From assembly GCA_963705305.1 (NCBI GenBank), contig OY970067.1, forward strand, positions 3,648,001 through 3,712,000: DNA of 64,000 nucleotides, written 5' to 3'. Below, in pieces: positions 1 to 9,393 of the stretch (positions are counted from its first letter, which is position 1; each line of letters begins with the position of its first letter). Source of the stretch: an uncultured Methylomirabilota bacterium. GTDB taxonomy: Bacteria > Methylomirabilota > Methylomirabilia > Methylomirabilales > 2-02-FULL-66-22. The position numbers and the translations under genes were made by a program. The notes beneath the pieces were generated by a model. That model saw only the letters and a list, made by a program, of their open reading frames with translations. It did no database searches and had not been told where the DNA came from.

Positions 1-1
1 G

Positions 2-1771
2 GGGGCATCCGCGTGGGCGACCGCACAGATCAACACACCCCTGGCTCCCGGTGACGAGCTGTATGCGGGAGCGCAGGGGACGCTCGAAGTGCAGGTTGGC
101 CCGCGGGCGTTCCTGCGGGCCTGGGGGGACGCCGAGATCGGCCTGTTGAGCCAGCAGCCTACCTTCCTCCAGATCAAGGTTGTCACCGGCCACGCCACCC
201 TCGATTTGCGGAGCCTGGATCCGGGCTATGCGGTGGAGGTGGACACGCCCCAGGCAGCTTTTACCATCGAGCATGCCGGCTACTACCGTGTGGAGGTGAC
301 GCAGGGGCAGACCGCCTTCATCACCAGGCGCGGCGGGCGGGCCACCATGACCCTGGCCGGCGGACAGATGACGGCCATCGCACCGAGCGAAGAAGTCGTC
401 CTGCAAGGGTCCGCGCCCGTGATGGCACAGAGCTATGTCGCCCCGGAGATCGATGCCTGGGATCGCTGGAACTACAGCCGGAGCGATGAGCTGCTCGATG
501 CCATCAGCGCCCGCTACGTGCCCTGGGGGGCCTATGGCGTGGACGATCTGGACCACTACGGGACCTGGCGCGTCGTGCCGACGTACGGGGCCGTCTGGTT
601 TCCCCAGGCGGTGCCGGCCGGCTGGGCACCCTACAGCACCGGGCGCTGGATCTGGGATCCGGATTATGGCTGGACATGGGTTGATACCGCGCCCTGGGGA
701 TGGGCCCCGTATCATTACGGGCGCTGGGTCTCCGTCAATGGCTTCTGGGGATGGGCCCCCGGCCCCCTGGTCGAACGACCCGTCTACGCTCCGGCGCTGG
801 TCGCCTTCTTCGGCGCGCCCGGGACGCCGTTCGTCAGCTGGGTCGCCCTCGGCTGGGGTGAGCCGGTGGTGCCATGGTGGGGGAAGGCCGGCTTCATCGG
901 CCGGCCGTGGTGGGCGGGCTGGGGCGGCCCCCGCATCGTCAACAACGCCGCCATCGGCCGGACGACCGTCGTCAATGCCGCCACCATCAGGTCCTACCGG
1001 AACATGAGCGTCCCGAATGCCGTGGTGGGCATTCAGGAGGATCAGTTCGGCCGCGCCTCCGGCCACGAGGTTCGGATGGGGCAGGCAGAGCTGCGCTCCC
1101 TGGAGCCGCTGCGCGGGGCGCCGCACGTGCGGCCCGAGGCGTCGAGCTTTGTCGCCGCCGGCGGTCGCGGGGTGTCCCCGTCCCAATCGGTCCTGACCCG
1201 TCCCGTGGTCACGCGGCGCCTCTCAACCGGCCTCCCGGCGGTGCGGCAAGATGAAGGGAAGGCAGGCCTTCCGGCCGGACGTGTCGCCCCGCAGCCGGCG
1301 GCTGTCGCGCCCACGCCGGCTCCCGCGTCGCGGCCCCCCTTCGGTACGGGCCGCACGGAGCGGTCGGCGCGCCCGCAGCTTCCGGCCCCGCCGCGCGAGG
1401 AAGGATCCCGGGTGACGGGAGCCTCTCCAGGCACGGGGCACGGGACCGTGCAGCACGCCACTGGCGGGTCGGCGGCCCCTCACCCGCAGACGACCGCGGC
1501 GCCGGCGCCGCAGCACCAGCAGCATCAGGCCGCGCCCTCTCAGGGGCGGAGCGTGAGCCAGCCGGCGGCCCAGCCGGCCCCCTCGCGGCAGGTTGGGGCC
1601 ACACACCGTGAGGGGCGGTCCCTCCCGGGAGAGCCGGCGAACCGGCTCTTCCCCGGACGGGCCGAGACTCATTCGGGGCAGTCAAGGGCGGCGACGCCCA
1701 AGCAGAGTCCCCAGGGACACCAGGGGGGCGGAACGCAACAGCGCGGGACGCAGCCGCAGAACCAGCGCTAG
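2..1771 (+). CDS. FecR/DUF6600-like protein with long Pro/Gln-rich tail (5' partial)
   Basis: Frame is open from base 2 (GASAWATAQINTPLAPGDELY). Has a FecR-like N-terminal region, a W-rich 'GWAPYSTGRWIW...PWGWAPYHYGRW' block and a low-complexity C-terminus. Confidence 0.75.
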   Translation, partial: GASAWATAQINTPLAPGDELYAGAQGTLEVQVGPRAFLRAWGDAEIGLLSQQPTFLQIKVVTGHATLDLRSLDPGYAVEVDTPQAAFTIEHAGYYRVEVTQGQTAFITRRGGRATMTLAGGQMTAIAPSEEVVLQGSAPVMAQSYVAPEIDAWDRWNYSRSDELLDAISARYVPWGAYGVDDLDHYGTWRVVPTYGAVWFPQAVPAGWAPYSTGRWIWDPDYGWTWVDTAPWGWAPYHYGRWVSVNGFWGWAPGPLVERPVYAPALVAFFGAPGTPFVSWVALGWGEPVVPWWGKAGFIGRPWWAGWGGPRIVNNAAIGRTTVVNAATIRSYRNMSVPNAVVGIQEDQFGRASGHEVRMGQAELRSLEPLRGAPHVRPEASSFVAAGGRGVSPSQSVLTRPVVTRRLSTGLPAVRQDEGKAGLPAGRVAPQPAAVAPTPAPASRPPFGTGRTERSARPQLPAPPREEGSRVTGASPGTGHGTVQHATGGSAAPHPQTTAAPAPQHQQHQAAPSQGRSVSQPAAQPAPSRQVGATHREGRSLPGEPANRLFPGRAETHSGQSRAATPKQSPQGHQGGGTQQRGTQPQNQR

Positions 1772-1831
1772 GTCGCCGGCGCCCCACACGCCTGCTATTT
1801 CGTCATAAGAAATGAGAGGCTTTTCTTCTAA

Positions 1832-1984
1832 GAGGATGCTGAAAAACCCGTTTTCGCCCAGGCTGCTCAAAAAGGTCCAGATGCAAGGCGCCGCGCGATC
1901 CGAGGCGCGAGGCGTACTTAGCGCGTACGCCGCAGCGCCGCGGGAGCGCGCCAACGCCGCAGATGGGCCTTTTTCAGCAGCCTG
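1832..1984 (+). mobile_element. MITE copy 1 (non-autonomous, IS5/IS1182-like ends)
   Basis: Inverted repeats CAGGCTGCTCAAAAAGGTCCA and TGGGCCTTTTTCAGCAGCCTG, plus an outer GGATGCTGAAAAA end. CTAA direct repeats at 1828-1831 and 1985-1988. Three more copies in the window. Confidence 0.8.
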
Positions 1985-2066
1985 CTAAAGGAGCATTACC
2001 GGGCTCCCGGCCTTGACAAGGGTGGGGGGCTGCCCTACGCTCCTGGCGAGGAGGGAGGTGATCGCC

Positions 2067-3515
2067 ATGAGCCTTCCCATCGAGCGCGTGGACGAGTACC
2101 GCTGGCGGATTCCGGCGGGAACCAGGCCCGGCATGAAGGTGCCGGCGGTCATCTACGCCAGCGAGAAACTGCTGGATCAGATCCGCAACGATCAGTCGCT
2201 GGAGCAGGCGGCCAACGCGGCCACGCTGCCGGGGGTGGTCCGGGCGGCCTATACCATGCCCGACATTCACCAGGGGTACGGCCTGCCCATCGGGGCGGTG
2301 GTGGCCACCCGGACGGACGGGGGCGTCGTCACGCCCGGCGGCGTCGGCTACGACATCAACTGCGGCGTCCGCCTCCTCCGCACCGAGCTGACCGCCACCG
2401 AGGTCCTGCCGCGGCTCAAAGAGCTGGTGAACCTCCTCTTCACCCAGGTTCCCAGCGGAGTCGGCTCGCACGGGAAGGTGCGCCTGACCACGGCGACGCA
2501 GAACCGGCCGCTTTTGGAGGGGGCGCGCTGGGCGGTCGCAGAGGGGATGGGCGAGCCGGACGACCTGACCTTCGCCGAGGCGGGCGGGTGCATCCCGGGG
2601 GCGGATCCCGACGCGGTCAGCCACAAGGCCCACGAGCGGGGACGCGACCAGGCGGGGACGCTGGGCTCCGGGAATCACTTTCTGGAGATCCAGACGGTGG
2701 GGCAGGTCTACGACGAGCAGGCGGCCAATGTCCTGGGCCTCTTCCCCGGCCAGGTGACGGTCCTCATCCACAGCGGCTCGCGCGGCTTCGGGCACCAAGT
2801 ATGCACCGACTACCTGGCCAGCATGGACCGGGCCGTCAAGAAGTACGGCATCCAGATCCCGGACCGGCAGCTCGCCTGCGCCCCTTTCGATTCGCCCGAG
2901 GCGCAGGCGTATCTGGGCGCCATGCGGGCGGCTGCCAACTACGCCTGGGCCAACCGGCAGTGCCTGACGCACTGGACGCGGGAGGCCTTCCAGCGGATTT
3001 TCAAGAAGTCGCCCCGCGACCTGGGGATGTCGGTGGTCTACGACGTGGCGCACAACATCGCCAAGGTGGAGGAGCATCTGGTCGACGGCCGGTCCATGCG
3101 GCTGGTGGTGCACCGCAAGGGGGCCACCCGCGCCTTTCCGCCGGGACATCCGGAGCTTCCGGAACGGTACCGGGTCATCGGCCAGCCGGTCCTGGTCCCC
3201 GGCGACATGGGCCGGGCGTCTTTCGTCCTGGTGGGCACGCAGGGGGCGATGGAGGAAACGTTCGGCAGCACGTGCCACGGGGCGGGGCGGCTCCTCAGCC
3301 GGGCGGCGGCCGTGCGGGCCGCGAAGGGGCGATCCATCGAGCGCGAGCTGGAGGAGCAGCACGGTGTCTACGTCCGGGCCTCCGGGCGGGACTCCGTCAA
3401 GGAGGAGATGCCGGAGGCTTACAAGGACGTCCACGACGTGGTGACGGTCTGCCACAACGCGGGCATCTCCCGGATGGTGGTGAGGCTGCGGCCGCTCGGG
3501 TGCATCAAGGGGTGA
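2067..3515 (+). CDS. rtcB: RNA-splicing/repair ligase RtcB
   Basis: Motifs MPDIHQGYGLPIG, GYDINCG, GTLGSGNHFLE, HSGSRG, HRKGAT, STCHGAGR, EEMPEAYK. GGAGG precedes the ATG at 2067. Confidence 0.95.
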   Translation: MSLPIERVDEYRWRIPAGTRPGMKVPAVIYASEKLLDQIRNDQSLEQAANAATLPGVVRAAYTMPDIHQGYGLPIGAVVATRTDGGVVTPGGVGYDINCGVRLLRTELTATEVLPRLKELVNLLFTQVPSGVGSHGKVRLTTATQNRPLLEGARWAVAEGMGEPDDLTFAEAGGCIPGADPDAVSHKAHERGRDQAGTLGSGNHFLEIQTVGQVYDEQAANVLGLFPGQVTVLIHSGSRGFGHQVCTDYLASMDRAVKKYGIQIPDRQLACAPFDSPEAQAYLGAMRAAANYAWANRQCLTHWTREAFQRIFKKSPRDLGMSVVYDVAHNIAKVEEHLVDGRSMRLVVHRKGATRAFPPGHPELPERYRVIGQPVLVPGDMGRASFVLVGTQGAMEETFGSTCHGAGRLLSRAAAVRAAKGRSIERELEEQHGVYVRASGRDSVKEEMPEAYKDVHDVVTVCHNAGISRMVVRLRPLGCIKG

Positions 3516-3521
3516 GGGGGC

Positions 3522-3770
3522 AAAGAGCAGAGGGGGCGCAGGGGCGAGGGGGCGCAGGGGCGAGGGGGCGCAGGGGCGAGGGGGCGCAGAGGCGAAGAGG
3601 CGCGGGGGCGAGGGGGCGCAGGGGCGAGGGGGCGCAGGGGCGAGGGGGCGCAGGGGCGAGGGGGCGCAGAGGCGAAGAGGCGCGGGGGCGAGGGGGCGCA
3701 GGGGCGAGGGGGCGCAGGGGCGAGGGGGCGCAGAGGCGAAGAGGCGCGGGGGCGATAAAGAGCAGAGGGG
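3522..3770 (+). repeat. G-rich octamer tandem array (GGGGCGCA/GGGGCGAG with GAGGCGAA-GAGGCGCG variants)
   Basis: About 28 eight-base units with higher-order 80/64-bp blocks, bracketed by AAAGAGCAGAGGGG direct repeats at 3522 and 3757. Confidence 0.9.
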
Positions 3771-3889
3771 AGTGCGGGGGGTGTACGAGATCCTGCGGTT
3801 CATTGCCGACCTGATCGCGGCCGTGGCAGGCTGGATCGGGGTTGCGCGGTAAGGCTGGGACGGGTCGATACGGCCGAGAGGAGCGCCGC

Positions 3890-4201
3890 ATGGGGAAGAA
3901 GATGATACGGGTGGCGGCGGTAACCGAATTGGCGCCGGGCCAGGGGAAGACCGTGGATGCAGGCGGGACTGCGATTGCACTCTTCAACGTAGGCGGAACC
4001 TTCCACGCGATCGGCAACGCGTGCCGGCATCGCGGAGGCCCGCTGGGTGAGGGGACACTGGAGAAATCGGTGGTGACCTGTCCTTGGCACGGGTGGGAGT
4101 ACGACGTCACCACGGGAGAGCTGGTGAAATATGCCGAGGGGTCGGTGCCCGCCTATCGCCTGCAGGTGCGGGGGGACGACATCTTCATCGAACTGCCGTA
4201 A
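3890..4201 (+). CDS. Rieske [2Fe-2S] ferredoxin (NirD/dioxygenase-ferredoxin-like)
   Basis: CRHRGGPL and CPWHGWEYD Rieske motifs. GAGGAG RBS upstream. Confidence 0.9.
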   Translation: MGKKMIRVAAVTELAPGQGKTVDAGGTAIALFNVGGTFHAIGNACRHRGGPLGEGTLEKSVVTCPWHGWEYDVTTGELVKYAEGSVPAYRLQVRGDDIFIELP

Positions 4202-4267
4202 GCGGCTAACCGGGGGGCCGGCCTCAGCCCCTCCGAAGATCTCTCACCGCCAAGGGCAAGGAGAAAT

Positions 4268-4825
4268 ATGTCCCGCGTCTTCCGGATCGACGATCGTCTG
4301 GCTGTCCGAAAGCGGCAGTCAGAGCTTCCCGCCGGCATCGTGGTGCAGGTATGGCCCGATGTCTTCGATCCCAGGGCCTCCTGGATCAGTGAGGAGACGC
4401 GCCGGCTCCTGGAGCGGGAGAACGCGCCCCTGCCGGTCGGCGCTATCGCGGAGGCCGCATCCGTCAGCCTGTTCCTCCCCGGGGAAGTGAGGGACGACTC
4501 GACACTCCCCTCCTCGGACTCGCTGGCGGTTCGGGTGCTGGCGGGGCACGGAATCGCGGCGACCTGGTATTCCACACCCGCCCGTCCGGGCGGGCGGCCG
4601 GCCGTGGAGCCGGCCTCTCCCGAAGACCCGTTCTTCACCATGATGCGCATGGGGAGTCAGGTCAATCACATGTGGCGCCTGTTCCGGACCCGCGATGACG
4701 CCGTCCGGTTCATGCAGAAACACTTCGCCACCGACCGCGCCGCCCAGGAATGGGCGGCACGTCTCGGGGTGGCCAGTTTCCAGGAGCTGCTGTCCCTGAC
4801 CGGGCGGGATCGGCAGGAGGGTTAA
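4268..4825 (+). CDS. hypothetical protein (185 aa)
   Basis: AAGGAG RBS with ATG and globular-looking composition. No motif recognised. Confidence 0.75.
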   Translation: MSRVFRIDDRLAVRKRQSELPAGIVVQVWPDVFDPRASWISEETRRLLERENAPLPVGAIAEAASVSLFLPGEVRDDSTLPSSDSLAVRVLAGHGIAATWYSTPARPGGRPAVEPASPEDPFFTMMRMGSQVNHMWRLFRTRDDAVRFMQKHFATDRAAQEWAARLGVASFQELLSLTGRDRQEG

Positions 4826-5036
4826 CCGGCTGCTGAAAAAGTCCCATCTGCGGACACCCAGCCTACGGCCGGGTACCCGCGCGTTCCCGCGGCGCTGCGG
4901 CGTACCCGTAAGTACGCCTCCGACCCACCTCCGGTGGGTACCCCGCGGCGGGTACCCATCCCAAGGGATGGGTGACGGCGCCTTGCACCTGGGCCTTTTT
5001 GAGCAGCCTCAGCAAAAACGAGCTTTAGGCACCGCG
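4826..5036 (-). mobile_element. MITE copy 2 (long variant with nested hairpins)
   Basis: Same ends as copy 1 in reverse. TTAA direct repeats at 4822-4825 (containing the stop codon) and 5037-5040. Confidence 0.8.
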
Positions 5037-5089
5037 TTAAGCGTCCTACCCCCCGGCTATCCCGGCTCACCCGATGTCAGGATGCGCGC

Positions 5090-5317
5090 TCAGGCAGCCG
5101 GTTCGGGCGGGACCTCCGAAGCGGGCTCTGCGGCGGCCGGAGGCGGCGGCGGGGCGACAGGCGCTTCGGCCGCTGGTGCGGCTTCCGGCCGGCGCTTGGC
5201 CTTCGCCCGCGAAGTCGCGGCGGGGGTCTTCCCGGCCACGGCCTCTCGCCGTCGGGCTTTCAGCCGCTCGTCGCGGCGCTTCCGTCGTTGGCGCAATTCT
5301 CGTTCCCTCTGTCGCAC
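5090..5317 (-). CDS. small basic protein with Arg-rich N-terminus and Ala/Pro-rich tail
   Basis: AAAGGAG RBS before GTG; last ORF of the secretion operon. May resemble DUF6800 small proteins (uncertain). Confidence 0.55.
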   Translation of the reverse strand: MRQRERELRQRRKRRDERLKARRREAVAGKTPAATSRAKAKRRPEAAPAAEAPVAPPPPPAAAEPASEVPPEPAA

Positions 5318-5335
5318 GTCGTTCTCCTTTCGCTG

Positions 5336-5803
5336 TCACCAGTCCCGGTACGTTACTGCCTGCGTCTTCCCCGTGGAGCCCACCAGGACCTTCAGCGGTT
5401 TGTCCTGGCTGCGGCTGTGGACATCGCGAATGCCCGACACGATCCCCGAGCGATCGACCACCAGGTCCAGCATCCAGTCGGCCTTCCCGGTCATCGGATC
5501 CAAGTAGATGCGCCGCAGGTAGCGGCGGGTCTGAAGCTGGCTGCGATCCTCCAGGAGATCCGTCAGATCTTGCGGATACCGGTTGTGATCGGCCTGAAAG
5601 AGGGCGATGCCCTGGCGGAACTGCCCCAGGCAGAACAGCAGCTCCGCCTCCTTCTCGCGCTTGATCCGGGTGCTCCAGAGCTGGGCCACGGCGGTCGTGG
5701 AAATGCCGATGATCACGATGCAGAGGAGCAGGAGAGGGTAGGTCATGCCGAGCGGCGGGCGCCGGGATCGCCGAGGCGAAAAGGCGCAGAGACGCCGAGG
5801 CAA
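5336..5803 (-). CDS. type II secretion pseudopilin-like protein
   Basis: G|MTYPLLLLCIVIIGI hydrophobic segment, 'REKEAELLF', 'YPQDLTDLL', 'RYLRRIYLDPMTG'. Start uncertain (TTG 5803 or ATG 5746). Confidence 0.8.
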   Translation of the reverse strand: MPRRLCAFSPRRSRRPPLGMTYPLLLLCIVIIGISTTAVAQLWSTRIKREKEAELLFCLGQFRQGIALFQADHNRYPQDLTDLLEDRSQLQTRRYLRRIYLDPMTGKADWMLDLVVDRSGIVSGIRDVHSRSQDKPLKVLVGSTGKTQAVTYRDW

Positions 5804-5829
5804 CGCGATCCGGCCGCTTGTCGCCGCTA

Positions 5830-5868
5830 AACCTCGAACCTCGAACATGGAACCTCGAACCTCGAACC
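5830..5868 (+). repeat. AACCTCG heptamer tandem repeat
   Basis: AACCTCGAACCTCGAACATGGAACCTCGAACCTCGAACC between pseudopilin genes. Same unit recurs at 48017-48066. Confidence 0.8.
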
Positions 5869-5874
5869 AACCCT

Positions 5875-6360
5875 TCACCAGTCGCTGTACCGCGTCCCGT
5901 CCAGCGCGATCCTGTCGGAACCGCTGTGAACGTCGAAGATCCCGCCCTGCTGGCCCTGATCGTCGGTGAAGTATACCAGCGTCCATGTCTCGGTGGAACT
6001 GGTAATCGGATCTTTGGGGATGCGCCGGAGATACGGCTTTTCCACCAGGTCGTTCAAGGACGCCGGGTAGTTTTCGGCGTCCGCGTAATACTGGTCGATG
6101 CTGTCCCGCAGGATGAACAGATCTTCCTTCAGGACGGCCTCCTTGGCGGACTGGACCGCCCGCTGATAGTTGGGCTGGGCCAGGGTGACCAGGATCCCAA
6201 TGATGGTGATGACGATCAACATCTCGATGAGGGTGAAGCCGCGGGGTGAAAGCCCGCAGGGGCGCAGGGGTGATGAGGCGGGTGCGCGCGAAGGCACCCC
6301 GTCCGATTGGAACCTGACGGCTGACCGCTGACCGCTGACTGCTCTCTCACCACGTGTCAT
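5875..6360 (-). CDS. GspG/OxpG-like pseudopilin
   Basis: Prepilin motif RG|FTLIEMLIV, 'YPASLNDLV..YLRRIPKDPIT', C-terminal 'LDGTRYSDW'. Confidence 0.9.
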   Translation of the reverse strand: MTRGERAVSGQRSAVRFQSDGVPSRAPASSPLRPCGLSPRGFTLIEMLIVITIIGILVTLAQPNYQRAVQSAKEAVLKEDLFILRDSIDQYYADAENYPASLNDLVEKPYLRRIPKDPITSSTETWTLVYFTDDQGQQGGIFDVHSGSDRIALDGTRYSDW

Positions 6361-6805
6361 ATGTCGTTCCGTCCAGGGCCACCGCCCGGCTGGAGGTGCG
6401 GATATCGTACACGTCCTTGCCATCCGATAGGCTGGAGTCCGGATTGTCGCTGAACGAGCGCGTGATCCACTGCCCCTCGGGCGTCATGGGGTCCCGAGGA
6501 ATGCGGCGGAGGATCTTGGTCTTCACCAGCTCGTCCAGCGTTAGCGGGTAGCCGCTGCGGTCCACTGCCACCAGCTTCTTGAAATCCTCCCGGGCGTCCC
6601 GCGCGTTCTGCCGCGCCTTGTCGTACTCCGCCTTGAAGCGGTCGATGCCCTCGCGGATGACCCGCAGGTCGCGGCGCAGCTCCAGCTCGCGGTTGCGCGT
6701 CACGGAGACCTGCGCCAGCGGCATAGCCACCATGGCGAGGACCCCCAGCACCGCGATGGAGACCAACAGTTCGATGAGCGTCAAACCGCGAGACGATTGC
6801 TGCAT
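6347..6805 (-). CDS. GspG-like pseudopilin
   Basis: RG|LTLIELLV, 'GYPLTLDELV', 'LRRIPRDPMT', 'ALDGTTYDTW'. Confidence 0.9.
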   Translation of the reverse strand: MQQSSRGLTLIELLVSIAVLGVLAMVAMPLAQVSVTRNRELELRRDLRVIREGIDRFKAEYDKARQNARDAREDFKKLVAVDRSGYPLTLDELVKTKILRRIPRDPMTPEGQWITRSFSDNPDSSLSDGKDVYDIRTSSRAVALDGTTYDTW

Positions 6806-6827
6806 CTGCGTCCGCCCTCATGCCCGG

Positions 6828-8774
6828 CTATTGATCGGACGGAGGCGGCTGCGGCCCGGGCGCGGGAGCGGGGGACGATTGGGATCGGGCCGGCCCCGGA
6901 GCCTGGACGGGCGGCGGCGCGAGGGCCGACGGAGTCCCGGCGGAGGGGCCGAAGCTGTCCCCGGTTCCGGACACAAAGCTCTCCACCCTGGGATCGGGCC
7001 GATCCAGCATCTTCACGATCCGCGGGGTGAGAGAGATCAGGACATCGGTCGTCGTCTTGTTGTGGTCCCCGCTGATGAAGAGCCGGCCCAGCCAGGGTAT
7101 GTCACTGAGGAACGGAATTTCACTGTTCGCAACCGAGTCGTAGTTCTGGAACAGGCCGCCCAGCAGCCGCGTCTCACCGTTCTTGACCTTGATGAACGTG
7201 TCCAGGTTCCGCGTGTTCACCGGCGGGAGGAGCTGGCCGCCCTGAACCCCGGCGATGGGGGCGCCCAGGCTGCTCATTTCGAAGCTCAGTTCCACCGTCA
7301 CCTCGCCGTTGAGGTGGACGATGGGCGTCAAGGTGAGCTTGAGGCCGAGGTCCCGGTACTCCACATTCGTCTGCGTGGTCGTCGAGGCCGTCGTCGCCGT
7401 GGTCGTCCCGGTGGCGCTGGTGGTCGCGACGGCGGGGACGCTGCTGATCGAGGAGATCTGGAAGGGGTAGCGCTCGCCGACCAGCAGGCGGGCCTTCTGG
7501 CGGTCGAGGATGCAGATGGTCGGATTGGCCAGCGTCTTGGTGTTCCCGTCGTTCTTGACGAGGTTGAGAACGAGCGCGGGGTTGTCAATGGTCACGACGG
7601 ATCCGTACCGGACCGAATTCCAGATGCCGCCGATCGGCATGTTCTGGGGGAAGCCGAGGGTCACCGAGTAGGTCCGGGGGTTGAGGTCGATCCCCAGGTC
7701 CTGGAGGCTGTTGCGGTCCACCTCCAGAACCTCCAGGTCGATCTCCACCTCTCCCACCGCCCGGTCATTGGCCGCCAACAGCTTCTGCGCCAGCTCGATC
7801 TTTTCCGGGGTGTCCCGAACGACGAGGGCGTTCAGTTTCTCGTTCACGAAGACCTGCCGGGTGTTGAGGATGGTCCGCAGCAGGTTCACGGCGACCTTGG
7901 CGTCGGTATCGGTGAGGTAGAACGTCCGAACCATCAGCTCGTCGTACTGCTGCCGCTTGCCGGGGTTGTCCGGAATCACGATCACCGTGTTGTCCGCCGC
8001 CGTCTTGGCGAACAGCCGATTGGCGATCAGGATCAGATTGAAGGCCTCGCGCAGGGGCACATCCTTGAAGAAAGTGGTGATCCGCTTGGTGGGCAGGGAC
8101 TCGTCGGCGATGATGTTGATCCCGGCGGTTCGCGCGAAGACCTCCAGGACCTCCTTGATGTCGGTGTCGCGGAAGCGAAGCGTCACGGGCTGGGTGGAGA
8201 AGAGCTGCGCCGCGGCCATCTCGCCCTTGCTCTTCGAAGAGGGCGGGGCCTCGGCGGCCAGCCGATCGGCGATCTGGCCCGCCACCGCCCTCACCTCGGC
8301 GGAGTCGGGGTCCAGCCGGAGGGCGGCCGCCACGTCCGCCTGTGCCGCATGCCACTCCCCCTTCTCCATGTGCTCTCGGGCGCGCGCCAAATGATCCTTC
8401 ACCTGACGCAAGATGGTGATCTGGATCAGGCCGGACTGGGCGGCCGTGTTCTCCGCGTCATAGCCGAGGGCGCGCCGGTACGCCTCATAGGCGTCATCCA
8501 GCTGTCCGGCCTTCAGCGACTGGCCGGCCTGCGTGACCAGGGCGTCCGCCGCTTCCCGCATGGCCCGGGCCAGCCCCAGCCGGATCTCGATGTCGCGGGG
8601 ATCCCGCGCCGCCGCCTCTCTGTAGAAGCGGACCGCGTCCTCCCATCGGCCGGCGGCGGCCAGCTCTTGCCCGCGCTGGACCGGCACCTCCGTCGCGCAT
8701 CCCGCGAGTAGACCCCCCAGGAAGAGTGCCCTCAGGATCAGGCAACACCGTCCGGCAGAACGACAGCCCATCAT
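6828..8774 (-). CDS. secretin (GspD/PulQ-like) with lipobox and TPR N-terminus
   Basis: LLAGC lipobox, TPR-like helices, STN/N domains, secretin core 'GETRLLGGL...IPFLSDIPWLGRLF...LISLTPRIV'. Confidence 0.92.
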   Translation of the reverse strand: MMGCRSAGRCCLILRALFLGGLLAGCATEVPVQRGQELAAAGRWEDAVRFYREAAARDPRDIEIRLGLARAMREAADALVTQAGQSLKAGQLDDAYEAYRRALGYDAENTAAQSGLIQITILRQVKDHLARAREHMEKGEWHAAQADVAAALRLDPDSAEVRAVAGQIADRLAAEAPPSSKSKGEMAAAQLFSTQPVTLRFRDTDIKEVLEVFARTAGINIIADESLPTKRITTFFKDVPLREAFNLILIANRLFAKTAADNTVIVIPDNPGKRQQYDELMVRTFYLTDTDAKVAVNLLRTILNTRQVFVNEKLNALVVRDTPEKIELAQKLLAANDRAVGEVEIDLEVLEVDRNSLQDLGIDLNPRTYSVTLGFPQNMPIGGIWNSVRYGSVVTIDNPALVLNLVKNDGNTKTLANPTICILDRQKARLLVGERYPFQISSISSVPAVATTSATGTTTATTASTTTQTNVEYRDLGLKLTLTPIVHLNGEVTVELSFEMSSLGAPIAGVQGGQLLPPVNTRNLDTFIKVKNGETRLLGGLFQNYDSVANSEIPFLSDIPWLGRLFISGDHNKTTTDVLISLTPRIVKMLDRPDPRVESFVSGTGDSFGPSAGTPSALAPPPVQAPGPARSQSSPAPAPGPQPPPSDQ

Positions 8775-8800
8775 GCCTCCCCTTCTTTCTTCATGGGTCG

Positions 8801-9391
8801 TTAGCGCCGGGGTGGGGGGGCTACAGTCGTGGCCAGGGAGAGTCGCGCCTGTGTCTCCCCGCCGAGGGAGGACAGCAGAACCGCATCCTCTTGGACCGCC
8901 TGCACACGAAATCGACCCAGGAATGTGCCCCCCGCCTCAACGGTATAGACCTGCTGCCCCTGGACGATGAAGGCGATTGCCCGCCCCTTGTCCCTGAGGA
9001 ATCCCACGTAGCGCAGCCCCTTGACCTCGTCCTGGAATGGATCGGGCGGCGGCGGGGCCGGCGCCGCGACGGGTGCCGCCCCGGCGGGCGGGGCCGACGC
9101 TGCAGCCGACGCCGCCGGAGGAGGAGGGAAGCTGCCGAAGATATTCTGCACCTCGTGCGGATAGGCCGGCCGCGGCATGCGGAGGAGCTCCAGCTTGAGG
9201 CGCGGCAGCTCCCCAGGCTGGGCGGCGCGGGTGCGCGCCGGCCTCGCGCTCCGATCGGGGGAGGCCAACGGGGCGGGGGAGACGCTCGTCTGGCGGAAGA
9301 CGAGGATCAGCGCCCAGACCCCGAGCAGGGCGACCAGGATCAGGAGTTGTCCGGAGGATCCGCGCATGTTCCCCGATTGCCCTCGCGCCAC
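8801..9391 (-). CDS. PilP/GspC-position membrane-anchored protein
   Basis: N-terminal TM segment, Pro-rich linker, 'LRYVGFL...AFIVQG.VYTVEAGGTFLGRFRV' small beta domain, and operon position. Confidence 0.7.
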   Translation of the reverse strand: MARGQSGNMRGSSGQLLILVALLGVWALILVFRQTSVSPAPLASPDRSARPARTRAAQPGELPRLKLELLRMPRPAYPHEVQNIFGSFPPPPAASAAASAPPAGAAPVAAPAPPPPDPFQDEVKGLRYVGFLRDKGRAIAFIVQGQQVYTVEAGGTFLGRFRVQAVQEDAVLLSSLGGETQARLSLATTVAPPPRR

Positions 9392-9393
9392 GC

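Noticed and set aside
3522..3770. CRISPR array or repeat-protein gene (ORFs 1974..3980, 2588..3814, 3505..4113)
   Set aside because: Contiguous octamers with no unique spacers and no cas genes. The ORFs are shadow frames of rtcB running through a stop-free repeat.
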